Shown here in pieces: positions 46,165 to 59,656 of a DNA stretch of 64,000 nucleotides; the first letter of the stretch is position 1; the number at the start of each line of letters is the position of its first letter. Below the pieces are notes generated by a model. The model was not told the DNA's origin, made no database searches, and was given only the letters and a program-made list of their open reading frames with translations. This DNA comes from Diplonema japonicum (Eukaryota; Protista; Euglenozoa: Diplonemea), in assembly GCA_964019335.1 (NCBI GenBank), contig OZ025651.1, forward strand, positions 916,514-980,513. The letters run 5' to 3'. The translations under genes and the position numbers were made by a program.

Positions 46165-48114
46165 ATGCCGTCAAGTACCAGGTGCGACAAGCAGAAGATG
46201 TTCCGAGGAGGGAAGGGAACCCCAGAAGATAGTGACGAGGATTACAGCTGGACACCTGGAGGCAGCGAGAAGAGCCCCACCAAAGCCACTTGGGAAATAA
46301 GTATGGGTAGCGAGCCGGTGAAGGATAAGATGACGCCACCCCCGCCTCCCCTGCTGCCCTACTCGCGGCCTGTGCCGCAGTGGATGGTCGAAGAGGCTGC
46401 ATGCACACTTACACCCACAACACCCGATGCAGGTCTCACCAGCAGCCCCCTCACAGGGAACAACAGCATCATCGACAGCGTTGACAATCAGCTCAGCAGC
46501 GACTTGCTGGACGATGTCCAGACACCTCCTACCACTCCCAGGACCATCGTGCCAGGACTCTTGGAGTTGCAGACTGTCGAGGCTGAGGAACGGGCACACA
46601 TCGAGGCACAGGTGACCACCCGGAAAAAGTTCCTTCACTCTCTGATCATGCAGACCGAGTCCCTATACTTCTTGAAGGCCCTCCTTCCAGACACTCTTTG
46701 GAACCACGACTACCTGAGGCTTGCCCTCGTCTTCGCCGTCATGAGGGGTGATATCGCAGTCGTCAGCTACATCGTGTCGTCTGCCTTCAGAGGCTACCAC
46801 ACCATCGAGGTGGCGAACAGCTACGTGCACCCCAAGCTGCTGGAGGAGCTAGGTCTCCGTCAGGTCAGAGGCGTGTCGTCGTTCATACAGCTGGCGGTGA
46901 TGCAGATGGTGTGTGACGTGGAGGAGCAGCTGTACGAAGGGCCTAAAGGTGCCGCTTTAAAGGCAGACAGAGAGGAGATTTTTAAGCTGCTAATCACGGC
47001 GCGGGGCATGTGCTGCCTGGAGGGGGACGTCGAAGCAATGCAGCACGGTGCCAGTGTGGTAGGTGGCCTGCTAGAGTTCTGGAGCCATGACATACACAAC
47101 ATATCGTGCTCGCAGAGCGGTTGCTCTGCAAGCAGGAAGCGAAGCCTTGTGTGGGCACCCGATGTGATGCACATGTTCCCGACAACCTTCTTTTCGCGGG
47201 TGAAGTGTGTGTGCAGCATGGGAGTGGCCAAGCAGCTGGACCGCGACTTGGTGCGGAGCATCGTGGTGTACATGTCATACAGCGAGAACGGTGGGAAGAA
47301 GGACGTGAACTACCCTGCGAAGAAAACGGTGGCAGATGTGATCGACGGACGCATCGAGGTGCTGGACGGGTCGGTGGAGGTGATGAAGAAGTACAGCCAG
47401 CACTGCAAAGGGACGACACCCGTTCCAGGCCTGAGGGTGGTAGCCACGATCACAACGGTGAGGGGCCCGCAGTGCATGACCGGGCACCTGACTGGAGTGT
47501 TGGATGACATGCTGCACTGGAGACCCTTGAACGCATCATGCAGCGAGCCGCTGACAGGAGTGTTCTTTTTGAACCCGCTAGCGAACCAGGCAGACTTGGA
47601 CATCACAGGTGACTGCTGGCTATGCGGGATGTGCATGTTGCTGAACTCGAAGTCAATGGAGAAGTGCAGAAGGTGCTACAACACACACCAAGGCGCGCTG
47701 ACTTTAGAAGGACAGCGAAAGAAACAGAACGTCAACAGCACGTCAATGAAGCACCAGCAAAGGGTGCGCATGCAGTACCAGAGGCAACCTGCCTGGGCAC
47801 CGCCCATGTATGACAGAGTCATGCAACCCTTCACTGCCATCAATCTCTCAGCAGTGCCCCCTAGACACGAGGTCTTCGAGACTGCAGACGTACGCCTCGC
47901 GCCCTACAGGGTCAGGTCAGGGCAGGTCGTTGCCACTAACGGCATCCAAGGAGTTGTCATAGGGCTGGGCAAGGACGAGTCTCTCTACTGGATGATAGAA
48001 GGGGCCCGGGGTATGTGTTTCCTTTCTCAATTATTCAAAAAATAATTTTCTTTTTACACAGGTGCCACCAGGCTCGCTCTTACACCTGAAGCTCTCCATG
48101 GCATCATGCATTGA
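46165..48114 (+). CDS. Hypothetical protein with RanBP2-like zinc finger; 1 intron
   Basis: WLCGMCMLLN..EKCRRC; intron 48011-48061 leads to TGA 48114; the start could be ATG 46198. Confidence 0.7.
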
Positions 48115-49331
48115 AATATTTTGTTGACTTGTTGCAAATGAGGGGGGAAAGAATTGTTGACTTTTTAAAAAAAAGAATAGCCCTTTTCTTGTTTTTTTAA
48201 TTACCCCTCCTCCCCAAGAAGGAAAGAAAAAACATTTTTGTCGCTATTCTGATAGAAATGGCAGAGAAAGGGAATAGAAAAAAATGGGAAATTCTGCCAC
48301 ACAAGCGACATTTTTTAGCGGAAAAAAGCGGGGGGGTCTTTGCAACATGTAGAAGAATCGGTTTGCACCAAACCATTAAGGGGAGGGGGAAAACGAAAAG
48401 TGCTGATTTTTCTTATTACTTTTTTATCTATTGTACCCCTTGTTTTTTTTTCTTCTTCTATTGTATCTTATCCCCCCCCCCCCCCCCCCCCCCCTGTTCC
48501 TGCACGCACACTGTTTTCTCACCAGTTTGTACCTCTTGAGAAAAAAAAGAAAGAAAAAAAAGTGTAGTTGGATTTTCACCGGGCTGTAAAAAGATTGACG
48601 CAAGGGACTAAATTCTTCTTTTTCCTGATAATCTCTAATTCACGAGAAAATGGGGTTAATAATAACCAGTACTCCCCCCCCCCCCCCCCCCCCCCCCCGC
48701 CCCATCAGTGAATTTACTTATTGCATCGTCCTTTGGTCCAACCCAAATTCCTCCCTTTTTTTTCCCCTTTTGAAAGTACAGAAATGTAATCCTTTTATTT
48801 TATGTTTACAATGCTGTGCTCTCAAAATATTTTCATCCCCCTTTTTTTATTTGTACATAATGACAAGGTACTCCTCCGGGTTTGCGGAAGTACCCCTCCC
48901 TTTTTTGAAAAAAGAATAAGAAGACCCCCTCCACCCCTTTCGCCCCGCGCTTTTTTTTTTAAACTGTCGATACTAGTACCCTTCCCAAGTATCCCATAAT
49001 TTCCCCCCGAACTTTCCCTCCCCCCCCCCCTTTTTATTGTACCCCCTCTTTTCCCACCCCTATGTCTTGTACCCCCGAATATCTTCCAATTTCTTTTTTT
49101 TACTTCATCTCTTTTTTAGTTTCTAAACCACTCCGAGGGAAAAAGAAAAAGAAAAAAACGAACAAAAAAAGAGAGAAAAAAACATTCTGTGGCTGCAGGG
49201 GGTTTTTCAGAGCAAAAAGAATATTATTGTCCCTTTTTTAATCCCCCCATCCCTTTTTTATTTCTTCTTGTTTCTTCCTCCCGTTTTTTTTTTCTTGCCG
49301 AAACCGCATTCATAAAAAAAGGGGGAGAGGA

Positions 49332-49715
49332 ATGGCCAATGCCTCCGTTCGATATTTGGAGGGCTGCTTCGAGGTGCTAGACTTTGTGGTGTGTGATCAC
49401 AAAAAAGCGTTGCTGTTCTCCGAGAAGGAGGGTGCATGTTTCAAAGATCTGGGCGAAGATATAATTCGCCACCTGAACGCTCTCCTCCATGCTGAGGAAC
49501 CCGACCTCACTGCAGGTCTTACCCTGTGCGGCATCACCTACGCCGTAGTTCAGTTCTCCCACGAAGACGGGGTTGTCTTGATACCGAAAATGTGTAAGAA
49601 CAGAAAATCAAAGTCATGCCTCCTCACACTGCTCCCACAAGGCTTCTCCCTCATCCTTGTGAAGGGCACCCCGCAGACCGCGAAACTATTCCTGCAAAAT
49701 TCTAGACTCACATAG
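49332..49715 (+). CDS. Divergent profilin-like protein (127 aa)
   Basis: Size and GLTLCGITYAVV match the profilin GLxLxGxKYxV core. Confidence 0.5.
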   Translation: MANASVRYLEGCFEVLDFVVCDHKKALLFSEKEGACFKDLGEDIIRHLNALLHAEEPDLTAGLTLCGITYAVVQFSHEDGVVLIPKMCKNRKSKSCLLTLLPQGFSLILVKGTPQTAKLFLQNSRLT

Positions 49716-49798
49716 AGAGTTTTTTCTGTTTTTTTTCCCCCCTCGAAAGACAAAAAAAAAAGAGGAGAAAAAAAAGGTGATGACAAAAATAAAATAAG

Positions 49799-52700
49799 AT
49801 GGGGGATGGGCTAGGCAGGAGGGTCACCAATCTGTATTTCGAAGCCTTTGAGGGAAAGGCAAGGGGGGTACTTGTTGCCGCCGCCAAGTACGAAGATGAT
49901 GAGCGTGTCGTGGCGCACGCGATGGACACGAAGGAGCTAAGAGGGCCCCTAGAGAACTTAGAGAACTTCGCTGTGATGAACAAAACGTACGTAGACCCCA
50001 CTGTGGGTGCCTTGGTGGGGTGGCGAGGGAAGATGAAAGATGACAGCTACCTGAAAGACAGAATAGAGCTCGCAGGCGATACTGTGCTGGTGAGAGCCTG
50101 CACACAGATCTTGCTCCACAACGACACATGGCAGAACCACTGGGCCGACAGGCGGGATATAGGCCTTACAGCAGTCACTGACACTGTGATAGGAGACCTG
50201 CGTACCCTTCTCACAAATAGGGTGCGGTTTTGGTCCCTCGAGGCCGCGCACCCTGTCACTGAGGGCCGACGCAGGGCCTGTGAAATGATGCTTGAGCTCC
50301 TCGGACAGCTGTCTCGCCACCGATTCAGCCTTGTCACCAAGCAAGCTACTGATGAGATCACCCGCCACCTCTCAAAGGCTGAGGTCCTTCAAGGGAAGGT
50401 TGCTGAACGCGAAGTACTTCTCGGACTTAAACTTCTGAAGTACTCGCGCCCTCCCATCCCTGGCGGCACCGACAGCCAGACGGCCACGCGACTTGAGTTC
50501 TTTAAGCTTATGCTCACCATTACACAAAAGATACACAAAAACAAAGGGCTCAAACGTAGCCTTTGCGAGATCCTCACTAGCTCTACAGCACCATTGGCAA
50601 CGAGCACCACCGCAGCACGGTACTCAGAAGTATTTGGCACCCTCTACGAAATGGTGGAACGGTGGGCGAAGAAGCCTAAGCATGTGCCTGCTGCGGTGCC
50701 GTTGCAGACAACCTTGCTGTGTGTACTGCGTGACACGAGCAAAGAGAAAGTGCAGATGCACCTCGACCTGATGATCAAACGGCTCACCGAAGACAAGCCT
50801 GATAAAGAAAGATCTCTGCGCTGCATGCACCTCGAGAGTCTCCTGCATGTCTTGGGCTACTTCCTTACGCGATATAGTGGCGAGGCGCTTCCCTCTGTGG
50901 CGCTTCGGTACATACCTCCACCGCCTGAAGATTCGCGGTCAGGTCACAGCCACAGGAAGGAAAATGATAGAGATAAAGACAAGAAGCGCGAAAGTCCCAT
51001 CCCCTCGTTCAGCTCTGAGGTGACGTCCAAGGTGGTCCGTGCTCTCTGCAACATAGGAAGGAAGCAGCTGATATCACAGCTGGGGCTCCGCTCGTACGCT
51101 TTAAGCGTAGATGTGGTGGTGTTGATGTGCAGGACGCGGACTACGGAGGGCATCAATGCCATCACAGCCCTGATTCCATCATACGCGGACGCGAAGGAGG
51201 TGTACTCTGAGAACACGCTCGTAGGACTGTACTCGCTGCTTGCCGTTACGCAGCTTGCTCAACATTACCAACCGCAGGGCGCCGTTGAAGAGCCTGGTGG
51301 CATCAGCCAAGGGATCCAACTCCCGTGGTGGTCCCTGGGCACCCCCAACGGAAGGGGCAGCAGCACCTTGCCTGTCAGGCTCAGGTCGCCGTTTACTTCT
51401 TTCCGGCCGCCGTCACCTGCAGCAGCGATAACATGGCCTCTTGATAAATGCACTGCGCCTGCCCTCAGTGGCTTGTGGGCTGCAGGTTTGCACCTTACAC
51501 TGGATACAAGCACGTTGTGCTCCTTCTCTCTCATCCCTCCACACTCATTCACCGCCAAGCTCCAGCAACATGCTGAAGAGCTCTCGCAGCGTGTCTCCGT
51601 GTGCTTGAGTGTTTGCGAGAAGGAACTTTGCCCCTCATCAAAGGTAGGCAGAAAGCTTGGCTGGACTGAAACGAGCGAAAAAGAACGGCCTTCTATCCAC
51701 ATCTTCCGAATCGCCCTCCTCAGTTCCATATGTATCACACCCTCCGAATATACTGGCGCAGACTACTATGCCATGCTCGCGAGGCTCACCGTCCATCCCC
51801 AGCCCGAGCTTCGCGACACGGTCTGCTACACGGTGCTGCCGCAGCTCTTGGTGCAGAGACTTTCCGCCACGATACCTATTCTGAACGCGCTGGCTGACTT
51901 GCTACTCGGCAACTTGTGTGACACAGTGGCGTTGCAGGTGCTACACACACTGATTCGTCTCCTGGGCTTGCTGGGGATCCTTAGTGACCCTTTGAAGCAG
52001 TCCGCCCCCGCGCCTTCGATACCTATTTACAACATGGTCCGAAAGCCTTTGTCTGTTGTAGGAGCCTTTGCTGACCAATGCTTTGAGTCGGAAGAGCGGA
52101 CATGGGCCAAGCTTGAGGCAGGGTGTCTTGTCTTTTTAGCGACGCCTAATGTGGAGATCAAGGGTAAAGCGCTGGCAGTGCTTCACTGGATAGCTAAGAT
52201 CGCACCTCCTCTTGAGCACAAGCGCGTCGCCACTGTGCTCGACGCTGAAATAGAAGAGATCGAGGCAGCAGTTGTGGCCATGCTGACAGACGCACGGGCA
52301 TCTGGCGCCGACTGGTCGGAGAGCAAGGAACACAAGCGGGTAAACGGGCTTCTTCCCCTGCAACTGGGCGATGTAGTGGGTGATATCATGCCACACGAGA
52401 ACCACGAGCTACCTGAGTGCTTAAGAACTGACGATTTGCCTCCCACAGCGCTTACCAGAATGGTGCTTTATAGTTGTGTGTGGCCTTATTGCTTGGGTGT
52501 AGCAAGCGAAGTGCTCTCCTCTCAATGCCCGAAGGTACCCGCGCTCGCTTGCAAAACGCTGTCAGCTAAATTCCCTACAATGCTTCACCGGTTTGCAGAG
52601 CAGAAAGGAGAGCTTACATCTGAAGACCGCCGTTCCATTGAACTGTATCAAGGGTACGCTGTTATCTGCATTGCGGGCTGTGAACTGCAGCCGGAGATTT

Positions 52701-55700
52701 TGCAACATGTGATATCTATGCTGAAGAGCCCTTTTCAGGACCTCGCTGACGTGGCTGCAGTGGGGCTCACTCTTGTCCCGCGGCAAGCAGTTCCATATGT
52801 TGTGGAGCAGCTGCGGGGCATCGACGAAGAAGTTCGCATCCTAAATAGAAAGGACAAAAATCGAAGGCAGGTGTGGCTGCAAAGGGGACATATCATCAAG
52901 GCCTACAGCAAGGCGCTGCAGAGAAGCTACTCCAATGACTGGGTCGATATCTCTACCATAAACAAGATTGCCGATTGGGTGGACGAGCAGTTGGAGCTGC
53001 TGCTCACGATCCAAGCCGATAGACTGCTGTACTTCGATCAGCTTACCATTCTGCGGTGCAGGGCTGACCTGCTGGAAGCCATCACGATCGTGTCGTCGCT
53101 CTTCCACCAGCATGGTAACAACAGATGCATGCACCTTGTAGATCCGTCCAGACGGCGAAAGTGGCTGGCTTTCGGTATCCACCACTCGAAACCTAAGTCC
53201 ATGTCTACCAGAAGCCGGACAGGTAGAGAAGAATCGCCTGTATTCAACAACGAAGTTGAGTTCCTCCTCGACACTGCAAGGAAGAGGGGTAGGCTAGCCG
53301 TGCGGTCGCTGCTGTGTGGGCCTATACTTGTGCAACCTGACATGGAATGGGTAGAGGACTGTGCTGCAGGAAGTTTGTCACACCGTGCCTTCGGTACCGA
53401 TAACCTGCGAGATGTTACTTTCTCTGGTTTGATGACTTTCATCCACTCCTTGTTGCCTTGTGAAGGTACCCCGGACCACAGCAGCAGTTATCGCATATCC
53501 ATGGACCAAGCAAAAGGCTGTATGGCAGCATTACTCAAATGCAACCAATCGTGTCCAGGATTGCTGCGTGTTTCTGCTGCTTTGGCGCTCCACAAGGACT
53601 ACACTATCGCGAAGCTGCATATGTGTGTCCTGGCTAATGCGGTATCGATGGGCTGCATGCCCCCTACACCCACTATCCCATGGGTGTTGGCTGCTGTGGT
53701 GTGCAGTCTGCCCAGCCATGATCAAGTTCTACAAGATGCTTCTTGGAAGTTGCTTCCTTTCATATGCCCCTTGCTGGACACTCGGGAGTTTGATTTGTCA
53801 ACACGTTCGCCGACTGAAGTCATCCACTCGGCTGCATGTCTGTTGCCCGAAGCTGGGGCGGTGCTTGTGTCGCTTGCGAAAGAAAGGCTGCCGCTATTCT
53901 CAACTCCTAGAAGGGTTGCCTTGCTGCTTGCACTGGTACATTGGGCAACCTTTCTGAAACTTGATACACCGTCTGATGTGGACGAGTTGCTGGTGCTCAC
54001 AGAGCTATACACCCCCTCGCACCCTGACGTGTTGCAAGAGCTGTGGCGTAACCTAAACACTTTCGACAGCATTGTGGCCCGCGTGCAGGAGAGATGTATC
54101 ACGAGCCTGACGTGCGAGTCGCTGCCCTCAAAAGCCTGCCAGTTGTGCGACACGGTGATTTCTTTGATGCCGCAAAGCGCAATGAAGTGTGTCATAGCGA
54201 AAATAGAGGACTTACTGCAGCCCGACGCACAGTATCCCCACCGTGCCGTTGCTGGGTTGATCTTGACGGCAACAGTTGTCAACGTCGTCGACACCATCAC
54301 ACTGGTAGAGCTGGTGCCGTGCATCCTGCATGCGTTGGTAGTTGTGGGTTGTAACCACCCCAATGCTCATATAACACAGAGGTGCCGGTCTCTGCTTGTT
54401 GACTTGCTCCCTGCGGGGAATACAGACACACGGGTGCACAAGACGCGTGAAAGGTTGAAAGACCTTTTATCATTGTGGGAAGATCAACCCTTCAGCATTG
54501 AAGGCAATGTGTTGAACCTCGTGCTGATGGCAAAGCCGCTGCACACAAGTGTGCAGAAGCCGTGGATGCACTTTGCGTTGAAGTGCTTGTGTTCGGAGGC
54601 ACCTAGTGCCGTGAAGATACAAAGTCTTGAGCTATACGTGTCGCTCACGAAAGGCGAGTGCGACCTTACGCATGGTCAGGTGCTGCTGCAGTCGTTGGTC
54701 ATCAGTGTAGTTTCCAAAAACTATGAACTTGTAGTGAAGTTATGTTGTACGTTAGAGCCACTGTTGATGGAATACGCTAAAAGGGGCATCGGCATTCCTG
54801 CTATATGGGGTGTCATCACGCTCATAAAGTGTAAGGACACACCTATCCCGCAGGCTGCCGCCGCTGTGGGGAGCGCCTGTCTGGCGCACATGAAGAAGCT
54901 GCCTCCTGACAACCCTGCGCAACGCGTTTACGTACTTCTGAGGGCTACTCTATCCCAACTGTATGTAGTCCCCAACCACAATGAGCTCGTCAAACTCCTT
55001 GTGACTCTGACGTCATGCATGCCGGAGTGGCTGCCAACCTCTACCGTAAGCAGCTACCAGTGCATTGTGGTTGCTGCTCTTCTGCCGGAAATCTGCGTCC
55101 GTATGTCGGTCCAGTCAGCTTCACGGTATATGCTAGAATCTAATCTTAATTTGCACAGGGACATTTTGTCGCTTCTCGCCACATCGTGCAAGGGTTCACT
55201 TGGTCAGGTCTTGCGGCCACGTGGTACAACAACTGACATGCTGCACCGCGTCACGGAGGCGTTGGCTGAACGGGTATGCTTGGGTTGTTTAGCACCACCG
55301 TCTACAGCTGTGGGGCGGCTCTGAGATTCGCGACACGGAGATAGGAGAGTTCTACCATCACCTGCTGAAGTCAGAACAAATTCTGCAAGAGGTATGAGTG
55401 AACTGCCTCATCTCATCACTCATAGGGCATCCTTCCTTGGGTGTTGAGGACCGTAGCTCACTTCTTGTCTAGCCCCGCCATAGCAAGGATAGGCGTATCG
55501 GGCAGTTCTTTTTCGCCTCTGTTGGGCATATTACCCACGCTCACTGCGGTATGGTTGTTGTTATCGGCACACCTTAACTACAGGGCCCCGCTCATTCTCA
55601 TGCAGCACGGTGCCTCAGTCTTGCTGTGCTGAGGGACAAAGGCACTTCCGGGAAGGCTGTTCAACCGCGACCGACGTCCTCGAGCCTGCTGTTGACTCAG

Positions 55701-56393
55701 GAGGAATGTTCCGTGAAGGGGAACGCGGCGTTGCTTGCACCGTTCATCAACGTGAAGATTGCTCCGCCTGAGCAGCATGTTGCTGTTCAGCTGCGGAGTT
55801 TTGATGGGAACGCAGAACTGACGAGTATTGAGGAGGACTTGTATCCCGTTCCTGGGCGTGCGTACCTGAGAGATGATGTAACAGAGCCGTGCAGCGGGTC
55901 GCTGGGCACTGTAGGTGGGAGGTTTAACTTTTATGACGATGAGTGCGATGTGGAGTGCGTAACGCAGCTGTCGAAGTCGTCGTCGTCGCAGCAGAACATG
56001 CTGGACAGCGATTCGGAGGAGAGTGCCTCTGACTCGGACCAAAGCGCCTCATCTTTCGTCTTTACACCTGCCAAGCAGAGCGACACCGTGCACATGGAAA
56101 AGCTTGCCTTGGAAAGTCGCCATGTGATCTCAGCTGTCATTGTGAAAGAAAGTAAGACCCTGGCTCTCGTCGCGCCCGCATCCGACCGCCACACACCGGA
56201 GCAGATCCTCTCATCCATTAACGACACCCTCGCCACGCACTACACCGACAGAGTGGACAACGTACACCTATGCGGTCCTTGGACCTACCCCAATGGACTG
56301 CTCCTTAACACACATACCAACGACCCAAGAAGACTGGCAGTGCTGTACCGTTTCCGCAGCGTTGTGAACAATTATTTCTTAGAGTTAAAGTGA
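49799..56393 (+). CDS. FRY: Furry/Tao3/Mor2-like HEAT scaffold with C-terminal degenerate acyl-CoA-synthetase-like domain; 3 introns
   Basis: N-terminal pattern (LVGWR, LLGQLSRHRFSLVT, LKRSLCEIL..PL, WAKKPKH..AVPL.TTLLC, LEAGCLVFL) resembles MOR2-PAG1_N. Introns 55274-55307, 55392-55425, 55549-55583. Confidence 0.7.
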
Positions 56394-56661
56394 CTAGTTA
56401 ACATGGGATGAATTATTTTCTTCTTTTTTTGTTTTTGTTTTTGTTTTTTTTTTTGTTCTGCACCCAGAATTTCCGGGCAGCCCCAGGTTCCCACCACTCA
56501 TTGACTCTGTTGGGGTCGACGTCTCACCAGGTCCATTCTACGTCTGTAGTCTTGCCATCTTTGCAACTGACCGTTGCTCGGGCTTGGGATTTTATTGAAG
56601 AAGAAAACAAAAAGAAATCCAAGTTTAGTTTATAAAAAAGGAGGGGACAAAACAAAGGAAA

Positions 56662-58541
56662 ATGGAGAAGAACCATGGAGATGGCCATGGCTACACGCTG
56701 CATAGGATCAAGGAGATCAGAATGATACACAAAAGAGATGTGGGGAGCGTGGCGGAGGCTGCGAAGAATCTACGAGACGAGGCAGCGATTTACGCTGATA
56801 TCTTGCCTGGGTACAAGATCAAGGAGCTCACGGAGAATGAAAAGTCAGTGATGAAGAGCAAGGAAGTGAGGTCCTTGCAGAGCGTGGAGCAGACGATTCT
56901 CTTCTACTACAGGAAGTTCTTGGGAAATCTCGTGTCGCTGGCTCACAAGAAGTCTGACGACACACAGTTCATGGCAGTCGACTGCCTATGCGAGATTCTC
57001 CCCATGGCACAGGAGTTCAACTTCGGGAGCGCAGTGATCGACGTCGTCGTGGACCGTGTCAACAGCAGAGTCCCGAAGCTATCCAACATGTGCATCTCAG
57101 CGCTCCGCAACATGCTGTCCTCCCCCACGCCTACCGACTCCATCCTGTCGGCCCTGCAGTGTATCAGTGACAGCGTGAAGGACAGGGGGTACCTCGTGAA
57201 CCACAGGCTGATCGCTTCCTTGATGTGCGTGAGGATCAAGATCATGGATGTACATGGTAGAGATATCATAAAAGAGAAAAAGATTAAGCAGCAGCAGAAG
57301 AAAGATGACAAGCTGATCTCAAAACAGATGGAGAGAGGTGAAGCAGCCGTCAGCCGTGTCAAAGCTGCACAGCTCCAGACCCAGATGCTCAACAAGGTCA
57401 TCACTACCTACCTCAGAACGCTGGAAATATGTAAAAAGGCACCGCGCTACAGGCAGTCCTTGCTTCTGGGACCTGTGATGGAGGGGCTGGCGAAGTTTGC
57501 TCACCTTATTGATTTTAGGTATGAATAACTGTTTGTATTGACATGTCTCCTTAGTCTGTTCGAACTCCTTCTGGAGGCCATTGGCGATGTGCTTGCCAGG
57601 CCCACAACGACCACAGCAGCTGTGCTGAACGGTGTGATTACTGTGGCGACTCTGGCGAATCAGGCACAAGAGAACGGTGAGGGAATGACAGTGGACATTG
57701 GCCAGTACTACGAGACGCTGTACACCACGATGGTCGATGCGCTGGATGCCTCTGCCCTGCATGATGCTAGGTCGAGAATAGACTCTGCGGAGATAGAAAG
57801 TGAGGGAGTTGACGATGCAACAACTGCGGTGTCCATGATCGCTCCAAGGGGGAAGAAAACAGACCCACCGAGGAACACGTTGAAGGAGAGGACGGACAGA
57901 GCTGGGTTAGTGCTGAAGGCGTGCAACCTGCTGCTCCTAGTTCCTAAGAAGGTATGCATCGCATTCGTATTAAAAACATGCTCCAGGTGCCGTTCAAGAG
58001 AGTTGCTGCTTTCTACAGGAGGATGTCGCTTCTGGCTGTGCACTCGCCGCCGAACATCGCGATGGGTCTGCTTGCTTTCAACCACCGCCTCTTAGGGAAG
58101 TACCCGCAGCTGGCCGTGTTGAACGACGGTAGCGAAGAGACAGCCGGAGGTGCCTACGACCCCGAGGTGGAGACCCCTGACCACGTTAACGCCATGGCGT
58201 CCGTCGCTTGGGAGACACCCCTACTGCGCAAAGCGTACCATCCTTTCCTGAGGGATTATGCCAGCACCGTTCTGCGACAGTACAAAGGCCTGTCGCTGAA
58301 TTCCCAGAAAATGGCGACCCTCAGTTCCTCTGTGATGGGCTTTCACTTTGATAAAGGCGTCAAACTGTACGATTCGTCCTCAGGCGGGTTCAACCCTCTG
58401 CCCGCGGAGATGAACAAGAGGATGGACCGTGCAGTGCTGAAGAGGAGACAGGAAGCTACACTCGCCGCTAGGGAAGAACTCCAACCGGAGAAGCCTAAAA
58501 AGAAGAGGAAGGTCCCAACGGCGGCAATCGAAGCAGCATAA
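56662..58541 (+). CDS. NOC3: Nucleolar complex protein 3 (CBF/Mak21 domain); 2 introns
   Basis: DILPGYKIKELTE, FNF, EGLAKFAHLI, RVAAFYRR, YDPE..P.H..A..WE..LL..YHP. Introns 57519-57554, 57952-57986. Confidence 0.9.
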
Positions 58542-58615
58542 TCAAAGAATCAGTATCAGCTTATATTGAATATTGTTTGCCCAAAACTAATACCCCACCT
58601 TTCAAACAGTACACT

Positions 58616-59656
58616 ATGAAAGATGATCTGACAGGGGAGTCTTTCATCAACCGATTGACGTCAGAGCAGCTGCAACAGTGCATAGATGTCTACGAGAGTA
58701 TGGGCGGCATCAAGTGCAACCTTGACATACATAAAGCGTTAGCTGCATTCAACTGGATGGCGGGTGACTTGACATCGCAGGAGGTGAGCTCCGCGTTGAG
58801 CGCTGTCGGGTGCAGCGATGGCTCACTGCCTGTGTGCTCATACATAAAACTAGTGTCCCTCGTGAAAGGAAAACTCGCAAATAATGTGAACCCGGATCAG
58901 GAGTCCATTGAAGACCCTGAAGCACTTCTCAGCAGCACTGATTTCAAAGACTTCCCTGAAGACTTTCGTCTAAGCCTCAAGAACTGGGAACAGGATGCTG
59001 AGCCTGACGAAAAACCTAGCGTGGTGGCTTGCGTGCTCTGCCCCTCATCGGGCGTCTCGCCAAGGTACAAGCGACGCGAACCCGCCACTTTTGCCAAGCT
59101 AGCATTGCAGCAGGACAGCCACCCAGTACGCTCGTTTATCCCAAAAGAAAAATTCAAGAAGAAGATCCCTGTTGCTGGCAGCCCTATGGGAGTCGTTCGC
59201 AGAGAGCAGATGCATGCAACCAACTTCTGTGCCACCTACCCCCACAAGGGGTGCAACCTGGACAACACCACGAAGCTGGCTCACATGGTATTCTCCGTTT
59301 CCGCCGAAGACGCTACTGCCGTCGCCAAGGAACTGCGGGAGGCCCACGTGAAGCGTTTGTCTGGCAGGAAAATTGCGAACACACTCAGGTGGCCTTTCAG
59401 GACGCGCCGGCATACACCTGCAAACAAGCACTTTATCGAGCCTGTGATGGCAAGGAAAAAACCACCGGAGAAGAAACGATCACGCGTGAGGCGGCGCATT
59501 GCGGGCGCCAAGGACTACTCAGCTTGCTTGGCAAAGGTTGAGTGTGGGAACACGGAGAAAGAGGCAAAGACACAGCCATTGCTTACGCAGGCTGAGCTTA
59601 AGATTCTCCACGAGTACTGGGTATGCCTGTGTGTATGGAGGGAGCTGCACACTTGA
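58616..59656 (+). CDS. Hypothetical protein with degenerate EF-hand/centrin-like N-terminus
   Basis: LTSEQLQQCIDVY..helix-loop pattern. The 3' end is uncertain: a GTATG donor at 59621 could splice to CAG 59965/59977 and stop at 60001. Confidence 0.65.
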   Translation: MKDDLTGESFINRLTSEQLQQCIDVYESMGGIKCNLDIHKALAAFNWMAGDLTSQEVSSALSAVGCSDGSLPVCSYIKLVSLVKGKLANNVNPDQESIEDPEALLSSTDFKDFPEDFRLSLKNWEQDAEPDEKPSVVACVLCPSSGVSPRYKRREPATFAKLALQQDSHPVRSFIPKEKFKKKIPVAGSPMGVVRREQMHATNFCATYPHKGCNLDNTTKLAHMVFSVSAEDATAVAKELREAHVKRLSGRKIANTLRWPFRTRRHTPANKHFIEPVMARKKPPEKKRSRVRRRIAGAKDYSACLAKVECGNTEKEAKTQPLLTQAELKILHEYWVCLCVWRELHT

